From the NCBI GenBank assembly GCA_965208615.1, contig CBDBPB010000001.1, positions 64,001-128,000 of the forward strand: a DNA stretch of 64,000 bases. The letters are read 5' to 3'. The notes beneath the pieces were generated by a model. The model did no database searches. It had not been told where the DNA came from and saw nothing but the letters and a program-made list of their open reading frames with translations. The translations under genes were made by a program, and so were the position numbers. Shown one piece after another: positions 52,218 to 61,664 of the stretch. The first letter of the stretch is position 1. Each line of letters begins with the position of its first letter. The DNA is from Spirochaetota bacterium (GTDB lineage: Bacteria > Spirochaetota > UBA6919 > CBDBPB01).

Positions 52218-52496
52218 ATGAACAAATCTGAGTTAGTTGATGCCATAGCTAAAAAGAGTGGTTTATCCAAAAAAGATAGTGAAACAGGACTTAACTCTTT
52301 TATGGAAATAGTAAGAAATACCCTTAAAAAAGGCGATAAAGTCTCATTAGTAGGCTTTGGAACGTTTCAGGTAATGAAAAGAAAGGCTACTACAGGGGTT
52401 AATCCTAAAACAAAAGAAAAAATTAATATACCAGCTAAAAAAGTGGCTAAACTTAAATTTAGTGACTCCATAAACGGTATATTAAACAAAAAATAG
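52218..52496 (+). CDS. hup: DNA-binding protein HU
   Basis: MNKSEL, LVGFGTF, G.NPKT..I.IPA; AGGAGG RBS. Confidence 0.96.
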   Translation: MNKSELVDAIAKKSGLSKKDSETGLNSFMEIVRNTLKKGDKVSLVGFGTFQVMKRKATTGVNPKTKEKINIPAKKVAKLKFSDSINGILNKK

Positions 52497-52505
52497 TAAA
52501 TAAAT

Positions 52506-52533
52506 AGAGAGTCTGGTATATACCGGACTTTTT
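52506..52533 (+). terminator. Intrinsic terminator of hup
   Basis: agtctgg-tatata-ccggact followed by a T run. Confidence 0.7.
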
Positions 52534-52703
52534 ATTTATCATTCTATAACATAAAACAAAGAAACTCTTATAACTTACATTGTAAAGTTATATAATATTA
52601 TATATTCAGTTATAATTTTCCTTTTCATTAGCATTAATTTTTAGTACCTTCTTTATTATATAGCCAGCTAACTTGTGATTTAATCCTATAAGTGAGGTAA
52701 TAA

Positions 52704-53207
52704 TTGAAAGAATCAGATTTTAAAGAAGTAGATATTAGTAGTCTTATTGAGCTATTTAATAGATATAAAATAGATGAGCTCAATTTAGAAGATAACGGTG
52801 TTAAACTAGAACTTAAACGAGATTTACCTCTAAAAATGAGGAAAACTCAACTATATACAAACATACCTAATAACCCTATTGTAAATCAACCTGTAGATTA
52901 TAAAAAAGACCTCTCCAAAAAAGACTTAACTAAAAACTCAGTCAAAGACTCAAAAGAAGAAAACAATTACTTTAAGATAACCTCTCCTATGGCAGGGACA
53001 TTCTATCAAGCGGCTTCTCCTACCGATAAACCATACGCAAAAGTAGGAAGTAATATTTCTAGTAACTCTGTTATATGTATTATAGAAGCAATGAAAATGA
53101 TGAATGAGATAAAAGCTGAGGTTAAAGGTAAAATAGTTAAAATCTTAGTTGAGGATGGAAAACCAGTACTAGCAGGAACTGTCTTATTCTGGGTCGACAA
53201 AGACTAA
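52704..53207 (+). CDS. accB: Acetyl-CoA carboxylase biotin carboxyl carrier protein
   Basis: SPMAGTFY, IEAMKMMNEI biotinylation motif; GAGG then TTG start. Confidence 0.94.
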   Translation: MKESDFKEVDISSLIELFNRYKIDELNLEDNGVKLELKRDLPLKMRKTQLYTNIPNNPIVNQPVDYKKDLSKKDLTKNSVKDSKEENNYFKITSPMAGTFYQAASPTDKPYAKVGSNISSNSVICIIEAMKMMNEIKAEVKGKIVKILVEDGKPVLAGTVLFWVDKD

Positions 53208-53233
53208 ATTAATTAACATACGTCGGACATATT

Positions 53234-55027
53234 TTAGAATATAATTATTTGAAAGTTTTTATTACTCTCCAAAAGCTTTTCAATTTTATCCACATACTCA
53301 CTACTATTTTCCCTCAGTCTATGAGGAAGATAAATGACTAACAGCGAAGGAACATAGCTTTCACCGTTAATACACAGCTTAAAAAGGGTTAAATAAAAGC
53401 ATATTACAAAAATATCCTTTTGGTAGTCTGTTAGATCATTAAAGCTAACTACCCTTTTTTCGTAGGATATCTTTAGCATATACAACCTATTAAAGCTTAT
53501 TGAGTAAACCTTAGGAAAACCAAAATAGTTTAGATTATTTTTTAGACATTCAAAGAAATTTAATAATATTTTCTTATGCTCTAACTCATAACTATCCCTT
53601 AGAATATCCATACACCGTATTACAGTTTTTCTCTCTTCGTTTAATGGTCTTTTAAATAATGCCTCGTCAATGATAAGGTCATGGAATGCGTTGAGCTCTA
53701 TTATATACTTATAATTTTTACTTATTAGTTCTTTTATATTTTGGTCTATAGAACTAATATCCAGCTCAATATCTTTTATGGTTTTACTATTTTTACACTT
53801 TATATTTTCTATACTTTTATTTTTCTTATTTTGTAGATCGGCTATATTTTCATTTAATACGTTGATCTTAGAAAGATTAATATAATAGTTTGCAATAAGT
53901 TGTTCAATTTTTTCTGAGTCAATATCACTAAGTATATTAGGCTTTTTAAATAGGTTAAACTGTTTATTATTTAGGTCGATTTGTTTATTAGTTTTTTCTG
54001 ATTTAAACTCTCCTCCAAGCTGTTGTATTTCTTTTAGGATTAATAATTCTTTAGTTTTTAATTTATATAGTTTATGGGTTAGCTCAGTTATTTCATGTTC
54101 TATTTTTTTTTCTGTATTAAGGTGGAACTCTTCATCAGCCATAGTAACTATAGATTTTTTCAAGTCTTTTAGTGAGTTCTTTCTTTTTATCAGGTTAAAA
54201 AAGCGTTTTTCCCAACCTATTAAGTTATCTTCATTTGTTTGGAATACCCTATTAGTAATATTATTTTTTAGTTTACTGGCTGTTTGTATATAAAAGTCAT
54301 TTTCTGATATTCGTGTTTGAAAAAAAGAGATAGCTGGTATTCCTTTCAGCCCTAGTATCACCTGCATAGCTCTTTTTCGCCAATAATTGCTCTGTTTTTC
54401 ACAGAAGAGCTTGTATGGTCTTTTTTCATCTATAAAAAACATATTTAGGTATGTGGCAAAGGTTATTGGATGAGCTATAAGTCTTTTATTAGCGTATGAG
54501 GCATTCATAAGAAATGGAAGACATAACTTATTACTAAAAAAGCTTTTCAGTTGATATTCTATATCCTTAAGCCCCTTTCCTTTAATAAGCGGAGAACTAT
54601 ATTTTGATAATTGGGATATTAAAGATGGATATATTGCTAAACTTCTTTTCTCAACAAGGTTAATATTAATAGTATATATTTCTTTTTTTAGTTTAAACTC
54701 CATTAATATGTTATTTATTAGTTTTTTTGAGCTATTTGATAGGTCATTCTTTCCGGTAAGACAAAGTTTGATTATATACTGACAATCATATTCTTTTAAC
54801 TTATTATTATCTATAAGGTTATTAACACCTTTATTAAATTTAAGGTCTAGGATATCACCTAGTTTTATTCTTTGCAAGAGTAGATTAGAGGATCCATTTT
54901 TGTAATAATCCTCAAGTTGAGGATAAAAAAGTTCCCACTTCTTCATAAGAAAAGGAAAAGGTGAGATATAGTTTTCTAGATCATTTATAATTTTGATATT
55001 GTCCATAATGGTAAATAACTTTATCAA
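53234..55027 (-). CDS. Hypothetical coiled-coil protein with a degenerate SMC/ABC-ATPase-like C-terminus
   Basis: Long heptad region, then FNDLTDYQK..F...L, PSLLVIYLP and FQIIIF. No Walker A seen; start is TTG 55027 or ATG 55006. Confidence 0.55.
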   Translation of the reverse strand: MIKLFTIMDNIKIINDLENYISPFPFLMKKWELFYPQLEDYYKNGSSNLLLQRIKLGDILDLKFNKGVNNLIDNNKLKEYDCQYIIKLCLTGKNDLSNSSKKLINNILMEFKLKKEIYTININLVEKRSLAIYPSLISQLSKYSSPLIKGKGLKDIEYQLKSFFSNKLCLPFLMNASYANKRLIAHPITFATYLNMFFIDEKRPYKLFCEKQSNYWRKRAMQVILGLKGIPAISFFQTRISENDFYIQTASKLKNNITNRVFQTNEDNLIGWEKRFFNLIKRKNSLKDLKKSIVTMADEEFHLNTEKKIEHEITELTHKLYKLKTKELLILKEIQQLGGEFKSEKTNKQIDLNNKQFNLFKKPNILSDIDSEKIEQLIANYYINLSKINVLNENIADLQNKKNKSIENIKCKNSKTIKDIELDISSIDQNIKELISKNYKYIIELNAFHDLIIDEALFKRPLNEERKTVIRCMDILRDSYELEHKKILLNFFECLKNNLNYFGFPKVYSISFNRLYMLKISYEKRVVSFNDLTDYQKDIFVICFYLTLFKLCINGESYVPSLLVIYLPHRLRENSSEYVDKIEKLLESNKNFQIIIF

Positions 55028-55384
55028 AGAGTTGTTAACTCAATTTTTATATACCCTAGTCTGGGACTAAATATCTTATTTATTAGCTGACCTTAGCTTA
55101 GTATAGTAAATACTAAATAGTTAGCTTAACGGCTGAGCAGTATTACTTTGAAAATAGTTATTATACTGACTTTTAGCTAGACATATTATCGTAATTTTAA
55201 TAAAATAACAATAATATTTCCTACAAACGGTAAAAAGATTAAAAAAAAAAACACCATTAGTATACTTAAACAATTAACTCCCTTATTTATTATAAGGCTA
55301 TATACTTACTTTAGTAAAATATAACAATATTGGTGTTATACTACTATATAAAAACCATCTATGACTTAGAATATTTATAAAACT

Positions 55385-56518
55385 ATGAAAGAAGGTTATA
55401 CAGAAATCAGCCTGGAACACATTGCAGTAAACTCTACCTTGGCATATCCTATATACGACAAGGATGATAATGAAATACTACCTGGGCATACAATTCTAAC
55501 AAAAGAAAAAATAAACTCTCTTATAAAATCCGGAATTACAAAAGTATATTATTTAAAAGAAGCCTTTAACAAAAAAAAGTCCGCAATTAAAACTTATTTG
55601 AATAAGAATAGTTATACTGGTCCTAGGTCAATAAGCTCAAAAACACAAAATAAAGGCATAAACTTAATGGGTGACCTAGTTGATGCCATTAAAAACTATT
55701 TGATAGACTTTAAGTCGGATGACCTTAATGAACTAGTTAATGCCATAAATAAAGACCTTGATGAAAATCAACAAGAAGTCGTTAACCTATTAGACGTTAT
55801 TGATTTTGATGATTATACATATACCCATTCTTTAAATGTTGGCATTATATCTATGGTTTTCGCAAGGAACAATAGATTACCAAAAGACGTTATAAGAGAT
55901 ATTGGAATAGGCGGCTTTTTGCACGATATAGGAAAAATAAGGCTTCCAAAAGAAATTGTGAATAAAACTGAAGAATTAACTCCTCAAGAATATACCCTAT
56001 TACAAGAACATAGCCTAATAGGTTATGATATTATAAAAAATGACTACTTCTTTAGCGACTTGGTCAAAGAAATAGTATTATCCCACCATGAACGCAAGGA
56101 TGGAAACGGATATCCTAATAAACTTTCAGGAAAAGAAATTAGTAATGAAATAGAAATTGTATCCTTAGCTGATCTGTTTGACTCTCTTACAACTGAAAAA
56201 CCATATAGAAAATCCATAGATACTAGGACTGCACTAGAACAAATGTTAACTTATACTAATCTTTTTAGTAAAACATTATTAAAACAGTTTGTAAAAGATA
56301 TGGTTATAGTATTCAGAGAAAGTAACTTTTATCCAGTAGGTAGTTATGTCATTCTTAATACCAATGAACTGGCTAATGTTATTACCATTGACAAAACTAA
56401 CTTTTTTCGTCCAACTATTAATATAATAAGCAATCAACATGGTAAAAGACTTAATAAGCCTATCTCAGTTGACCTCAAAATTGACTATTCTCGTAATATC
56501 ATAAAACGAATAGGTTAA
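55385..56518 (+). CDS. HD-GYP domain cyclic-dinucleotide phosphodiesterase
   Basis: YTYTHSLNV, LHDIGK, HHERKDGNGYP, AD.FDSLT..KPYR. Confidence 0.92.
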   Translation: MKEGYTEISLEHIAVNSTLAYPIYDKDDNEILPGHTILTKEKINSLIKSGITKVYYLKEAFNKKKSAIKTYLNKNSYTGPRSISSKTQNKGINLMGDLVDAIKNYLIDFKSDDLNELVNAINKDLDENQQEVVNLLDVIDFDDYTYTHSLNVGIISMVFARNNRLPKDVIRDIGIGGFLHDIGKIRLPKEIVNKTEELTPQEYTLLQEHSLIGYDIIKNDYFFSDLVKEIVLSHHERKDGNGYPNKLSGKEISNEIEIVSLADLFDSLTTEKPYRKSIDTRTALEQMLTYTNLFSKTLLKQFVKDMVIVFRESNFYPVGSYVILNTNELANVITIDKTNFFRPTINIISNQHGKRLNKPISVDLKIDYSRNIIKRIG

Positions 56519-56591
56519 CTTTTTATACTTAACTATACATTTCTGACTATATTAGCTTGGAATTAAACAACTAATATAGTATTTTTATCAA

Positions 56592-57866
56592 ATGATTAGG
56601 CATTGTCTTTACTGTATAGTTATAGTATCTTTTTATACTTATTTTATACCTTCTTATTTATGGTCTAATAGCTATATTTTATATCCTAGGTTAGAAAGTG
56701 GTAATAATATAGGAGAGGTATATGGTTCTAGCTTTTTTATTCCAAAATATGAAATCTTTACATTCTCATCCTTCGTAACAAGCGATTTTAAGAATAGACT
56801 CGAATATGGTATACTATCAACCCTATCTTATGAACCCTATGGTACAATATCTATAGGGTTTAGCGAAAAAAACTCCCATAATAAAGCTTATAAAGAATCG
56901 TCAATCAACCTGTCATACCAAAAAAGATGGAACATAGCTAACTTTATTATAGGAGCTAACTTTTCTGACCCTATACACTCAAAGGCATTTGAATTTAATA
57001 ATCCCCTTCTATACTCAATGAATATAGCCATACAAATAGAAGCTACACCAGATATACTAATAGAAATAGGCGCTACTAACCTATTTAAAAAATATGATAG
57101 TATAGTCAACGATAACAGTGAAGAATTCTATACTTCCGTATCCCTTATGCTAATAGAAAGCCTTGCAGTAAAAATATCCATCCATAAATTCAAAAACAAT
57201 AGAGTAAATGCTAACTTCCTAACCAGATACTACATAACTAATAATATATTTGTGGGACTAAATCTATCAATCGAACCTTTAGTATTCAGCGTTAGTAGTG
57301 GACTATCCGCCTCATTTGGCTCCTTTAAGATATTTCTCGGTATGAATGAAAATAAAAACTTCTTTGGCCTACTCTCCTTTACTGTACCATATAACCATGA
57401 TCCAAAGCCTATTAAAAGCCATAACAATAAGGGTATAATAAATGATAAAAATCTAATAAATATTAATGCCGCAAATAATAAGCTATTAACCGTATTACCA
57501 GGAATCGGACAAAAAACTGCAAAACGTATAATAACCTATCGCAAAGAAAATAAAGGATTCTATTCTAAAGAAGAACTCATGATGGTTACTGGAATAGGTA
57601 TTAAAAAATATGAAAAGCTAAAAGACCTAATCACAATAGGTAATATAAATAAAACTAAACGCCTATCCAGCATAAAAAGATGGACAATGAAAGAGTTTAT
57701 TGATATTGGTTTTTCTCCATCACTTTCTTTGAAGATAGTCCTATTAATCAGAAATAAGTCAGCCTTTACTAGATTAGAAGACCTTTTAAAAATTAAAAAC
57801 TTTAATAATACTAAACTAATCCACCTTAAAAAAAGGCTAACACAATATGACAATAATAAAAATTAA
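56592..57866 (+). CDS. Predicted beta-barrel protein with C-terminal ComEA-type helix-hairpin-helix domains
   Basis: Signal-like N-terminus, amphipathic beta-strands, then ININAA...LPGIGQKTAKRII.YR...F.S.EEL..VTGIG and a second degenerate module. Confidence 0.8.
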   Translation: MIRHCLYCIVIVSFYTYFIPSYLWSNSYILYPRLESGNNIGEVYGSSFFIPKYEIFTFSSFVTSDFKNRLEYGILSTLSYEPYGTISIGFSEKNSHNKAYKESSINLSYQKRWNIANFIIGANFSDPIHSKAFEFNNPLLYSMNIAIQIEATPDILIEIGATNLFKKYDSIVNDNSEEFYTSVSLMLIESLAVKISIHKFKNNRVNANFLTRYYITNNIFVGLNLSIEPLVFSVSSGLSASFGSFKIFLGMNENKNFFGLLSFTVPYNHDPKPIKSHNNKGIINDKNLININAANNKLLTVLPGIGQKTAKRIITYRKENKGFYSKEELMMVTGIGIKKYEKLKDLITIGNINKTKRLSSIKRWTMKEFIDIGFSPSLSLKIVLLIRNKSAFTRLEDLLKIKNFNNTKLIHLKKRLTQYDNNKN

Positions 57867-59991
57867 AATAATAATAATATTTAGCATACTTATATGCAAT
57901 ATTGTCTATCCCATTGTAGCTATTAATAAACACTACCTCCAAGTAATGTTCTATAAGCCAATACCAATGAATATTAACTCAGAAAAAGAAGTTATATTTA
58001 GACTAAAATCAATAGGACTCTCAAAAAGTAAAATATCCATTATTACAAAATATCTTAAACAAAATAAAACAATATCTTTTAAAAAACTCTACCAAAAAGG
58101 AATAATAAACTATAACGAAAGCAAAATATTAAAAAACTTCTTCTTTGATCCTAACAAAAATAAGGATTATATCTTCGAAAGTAAAAACGAAAATGAGGAA
58201 TATAACGATAATACCACTTCAGAACAAAATATCAACCTAAATAAACTTAAAAAAGAAACTATATTAAACCTAAGCTTTATATCCAAAAAACAAGTTAATA
58301 GCATTATCAAATATAAAAAAAGTATTAAAAGATATACCTCCGTTTATGAGCTATTACTAATACCCAACATAAATAGAAAAACTTTTATTAAGTTAATGCC
58401 CTATCTCAAAAATCTAAAACTGAATAAAAAGAAATTAAAAAACTTTATAGAAACAAGATATAAAAAAACTAACAAGGCAAATAGAACCTACTATATATAC
58501 AACAGAATAAATATTGTCAATGATAACATAGAACTTAATATATCACTAAGTAAAAATGACTGGCAAGAAGGAACTTATCCCGGTAGCCTTATATCAAAAA
58601 AACTTAGTTGGATGGATATATATAGCCAATATAGTATGGGACTATACATAAAAACAAATCTCTTATCTATTATAGCCATAGGGGACTACTCCCTTAGATT
58701 TGGACAACATCTGTTATTCGGTATTCCATACACAAACTATCTGGATAGAATAGATTATCATCCAATTAAAAAACGGGATAGCGGTATTCATAAATATACT
58801 AATCCAAATAGATTTGGAGTGCTTAGGGGATTAGCAGTTACTTTTAGCATAAATCAGTTCGAGTTAACCCCTTTTGTTTATTTTAACGACTACAAACTAA
58901 AAAATACTAGATTTATAAATAATGTTGTAAATACAAACGTAGAAAGCCTTATTAATACAGGATACGGCATAATAAACGATAAAAGAGATAGTAAAAGATT
59001 ATTAGAAAGTGGTGGGGGAGCTAATCTGACATATAAAGTAAATAATAATCTTAAAGTTGGACTAACTTATGCTTTCAATCACTACTCCCAAAAGATAGGT
59101 CCAAAGACTAACAAGAATAATAACTTATTTAGTGGGAATAAATTACACTTGTCATCAGTCTATTTTGACTGGGATATTATTGATAACTTTAATCTATTCA
59201 GCGAGATTGCACTATCCATCCACAAAGATATTACTAATAAAAATATTATTGGTTTAGGTGCGGTTATAGGGGCTATATTAAATAACAATATTCTTAAATA
59301 CTCATTTTTAATAAGATACCTTGATAGTAAGTTCCACTCGCCCCACTCGAGTAACGTAATAAGCAAACGTAATAACGAAGTAGGACTATTCCAAGGAATA
59401 GAGGTTAAACCTTATAACAAACTACTTTTTAGAATTTATATTGACCTTTTTAAATACCTCGATCAAAAGCCCTTTAATGTAATATTTAGCCTTAAAACAA
59501 GTTATAATCCAAATGGTCTGCTTTTAGTCTACCTTTTTACTATAACAGATAAACCATATTATAGTAAGCGTAGAACCAGAATTAAAAACCAACTAAACCT
59601 TGAATATCACATTAATAAATATGTCTCTTTTAGATTTAGGTATGAAAATATTATCTCTAAAAAAAGAAATGAGATCAATAATAATTATGGTAACCTTTTT
59701 TATACACAAATTAAAGTTAATATATTAAAAACCTTTATTATCATTACAAGAATAACAGCATACAGTGCCGATAATATAAGTTCAGCAGTCTATGCAGTAG
59801 AAAATAGATTACCCTTTTGGTATAACGGTATAAACTCTTATTATAACGACGGAATTAGTTATTGTCTAATACTAAAAACTAAGCTAAGAAAAGTACAAGC
59901 CGGTATTAAACTAGAAATAGACCACAGAAAAATAAAAAATAAAACTAATATTGCCAAAAGAGTCTTTTTACAACTGATATATAAATGGTAA
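57847..59991 (+). CDS. Helix-hairpin-helix plus outer-membrane beta-barrel protein
   Basis: INLN....E....LSFIS...V.SII.Y......TSVYEL..IP module, GDYSLRFGQ, LRGLA, many amphipathic strands, terminal FLQLIYKW beta-signal. Confidence 0.72.
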   Translation: MTIIKIKIIIIFSILICNIVYPIVAINKHYLQVMFYKPIPMNINSEKEVIFRLKSIGLSKSKISIITKYLKQNKTISFKKLYQKGIINYNESKILKNFFFDPNKNKDYIFESKNENEEYNDNTTSEQNINLNKLKKETILNLSFISKKQVNSIIKYKKSIKRYTSVYELLLIPNINRKTFIKLMPYLKNLKLNKKKLKNFIETRYKKTNKANRTYYIYNRINIVNDNIELNISLSKNDWQEGTYPGSLISKKLSWMDIYSQYSMGLYIKTNLLSIIAIGDYSLRFGQHLLFGIPYTNYLDRIDYHPIKKRDSGIHKYTNPNRFGVLRGLAVTFSINQFELTPFVYFNDYKLKNTRFINNVVNTNVESLINTGYGIINDKRDSKRLLESGGGANLTYKVNNNLKVGLTYAFNHYSQKIGPKTNKNNNLFSGNKLHLSSVYFDWDIIDNFNLFSEIALSIHKDITNKNIIGLGAVIGAILNNNILKYSFLIRYLDSKFHSPHSSNVISKRNNEVGLFQGIEVKPYNKLLFRIYIDLFKYLDQKPFNVIFSLKTSYNPNGLLLVYLFTITDKPYYSKRRTRIKNQLNLEYHINKYVSFRFRYENIISKKRNEINNNYGNLFYTQIKVNILKTFIIITRITAYSADNISSAVYAVENRLPFWYNGINSYYNDGISYCLILKTKLRKVQAGIKLEIDHRKIKNKTNIAKRVFLQLIYKW

Positions 59992-59996
59992 TATAC

Positions 59997-61112
59997 TTAG
60001 TGATGGGAAAAACACCTCTCATTGCTAAAAACCATGGATATATTAAACTCATTACAAGCCTTTATAACATTATAATCACTAACTGATCCACCAGGCTGAA
60101 CAATAGCCGTAATTCCAGCTTTTGCAATAAGATCTATGGAATCCTTAAAAGGAAAGAAACCATCAGAGGATATAACAGCTCCCTCTAAACTATTATTACC
60201 CTTATACTTTGTATTAGCCTTGTCAATAGCCTGTTGAACTGCTCCAACCCTATCCTGCTGACCAGTGCCAATAGCCATACTAGTACCGTTCTTAACAATT
60301 ACAACACCGTTTGACCTAACACTAAGATTTATATACCACGAAGTTAGCAAATCATTGAACTCTCTATCCGTAGGGACTTTAGCACAACGAATATCCCCCT
60401 TGGCTTTGTGACTGTTATAAGCTAATATAAAATCATCAGTTGTACGTATTCTTGTTAAGTATGGGTCGGATAATATAATAGCCCCATCTTGTAAAACCTT
60501 AACCTCTTTAATATTATTGTCATCCCCAATAAACCTTGGAATACTCTCCATATTGGAAAGCTCAATAATACGAATATGTTTGTTACGCTTAAAATAAGCA
60601 AAGTCATTGAATATATTAATTGCCTCTTTAGTATAGCTAGGAGCCGCTACCACCTCTATAATACTAGTCATAATCTCTTTAGCAGTATCAGAGTCGACTT
60701 CTTTATTAAATACAACTACTCCACCAAATGCCGCCTGAGGATCAGCCTCTCTGGCGTTAATATAAACCTCTCTAAGGGACTCACCACTAATAGCAGTACT
60801 AACTCCACTGGGATTTAAATGTTTCATAACTACAGCAGTATTATTAGCAAAATACTTTATTACCTTAACAGCATAATTAATATCCTCAACATTGGTCTGA
60901 GAAAGTCCACCCTTGCCAGTTTTTATGGTTTTATAAGCCCCTAAACAACCCAATCTACCCTTTGGGACATAAATAGCACCCCTCTGGTGTGGGTTAGTAG
61001 CATATCTAAGATCCTCAACCTTGTCATAAGTTAAACCCATAAACTCAAAACTACTATCAAAATTACCTATGTTAGCCCTAAAATACTTATCCTTTAAATC
61101 TTTGCTATCCAT
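59997..61112 (-). CDS. purH: AICAR transformylase (PurH C-terminal domain only)
   Basis: LRYATNPHQ, KHLNPSG, AFGGVV, SNG.VI, GQQDRV, SDGFFPF, QPGGSV.D, RCFSH. No N-terminal IMP cyclohydrolase domain. Confidence 0.88.
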   Translation of the reverse strand: MDSKDLKDKYFRANIGNFDSSFEFMGLTYDKVEDLRYATNPHQRGAIYVPKGRLGCLGAYKTIKTGKGGLSQTNVEDINYAVKVIKYFANNTAVVMKHLNPSGVSTAISGESLREVYINAREADPQAAFGGVVVFNKEVDSDTAKEIMTSIIEVVAAPSYTKEAINIFNDFAYFKRNKHIRIIELSNMESIPRFIGDDNNIKEVKVLQDGAIILSDPYLTRIRTTDDFILAYNSHKAKGDIRCAKVPTDREFNDLLTSWYINLSVRSNGVVIVKNGTSMAIGTGQQDRVGAVQQAIDKANTKYKGNNSLEGAVISSDGFFPFKDSIDLIAKAGITAIVQPGGSVSDYNVIKACNEFNISMVFSNERCFSHH

Positions 61113-61126
61113 GTTATCCCACCTAT

Positions 61127-61660
61127 CTAACTAAAACCATACTTTTTAACATAATCAAAAATCCCCCCTGCCTCTATAATCTTTTGTGCGTCACCCAATG
61201 AACTTAGCGGATAAGCATCACCACTAAGCCTATGGATAAAAGTCATATTGCTTATACTAAGCTCAATCTCATCCCCAGTGTTTAACTTATCACAAATACG
61301 ATTAGGCGTCTCAAAGGGATAAAGTAAACCAGCATTAACAGAATTCCTAAAAAATATACGGGAATATGACTCGGCAATAATAGCCCTTACACCAGCAACA
61401 CTAAGAGCAATAGGAGCATGCTCCCTTGATGAGCCGCATCCAAAGTTCTTACCCGCCACTATAATAGAATATGGAGTATTATATTGTCCTTCGTCAATAA
61501 AAGGAGGTAATCCCGTGGGTAAGCCGCATAAAGCATAACTACCAAGCTTTTTTCTTTCGTCTGGATCAGTGGGTAAAAGGTTTAAATACTCAGCAGGGAT
61601 TATCTGATCAGTATCTATGTCATTTCCTAAAACATATATCTTAGCAATAATCTTATCCAT
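61127..61660 (-). CDS. leuD: 3-isopropylmalate dehydratase small subunit
   Basis: DIDTDQIIPAEYL, NFGCGSSREHAP, RIFFRN, AGG. Confidence 0.92.
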   Translation of the reverse strand: MDKIIAKIYVLGNDIDTDQIIPAEYLNLLPTDPDERKKLGSYALCGLPTGLPPFIDEGQYNTPYSIIVAGKNFGCGSSREHAPIALSVAGVRAIIAESYSRIFFRNSVNAGLLYPFETPNRICDKLNTGDEIELSISNMTFIHRLSGDAYPLSSLGDAQKIIEAGGIFDYVKKYGFS

Positions 61661-61664
61661 AATA

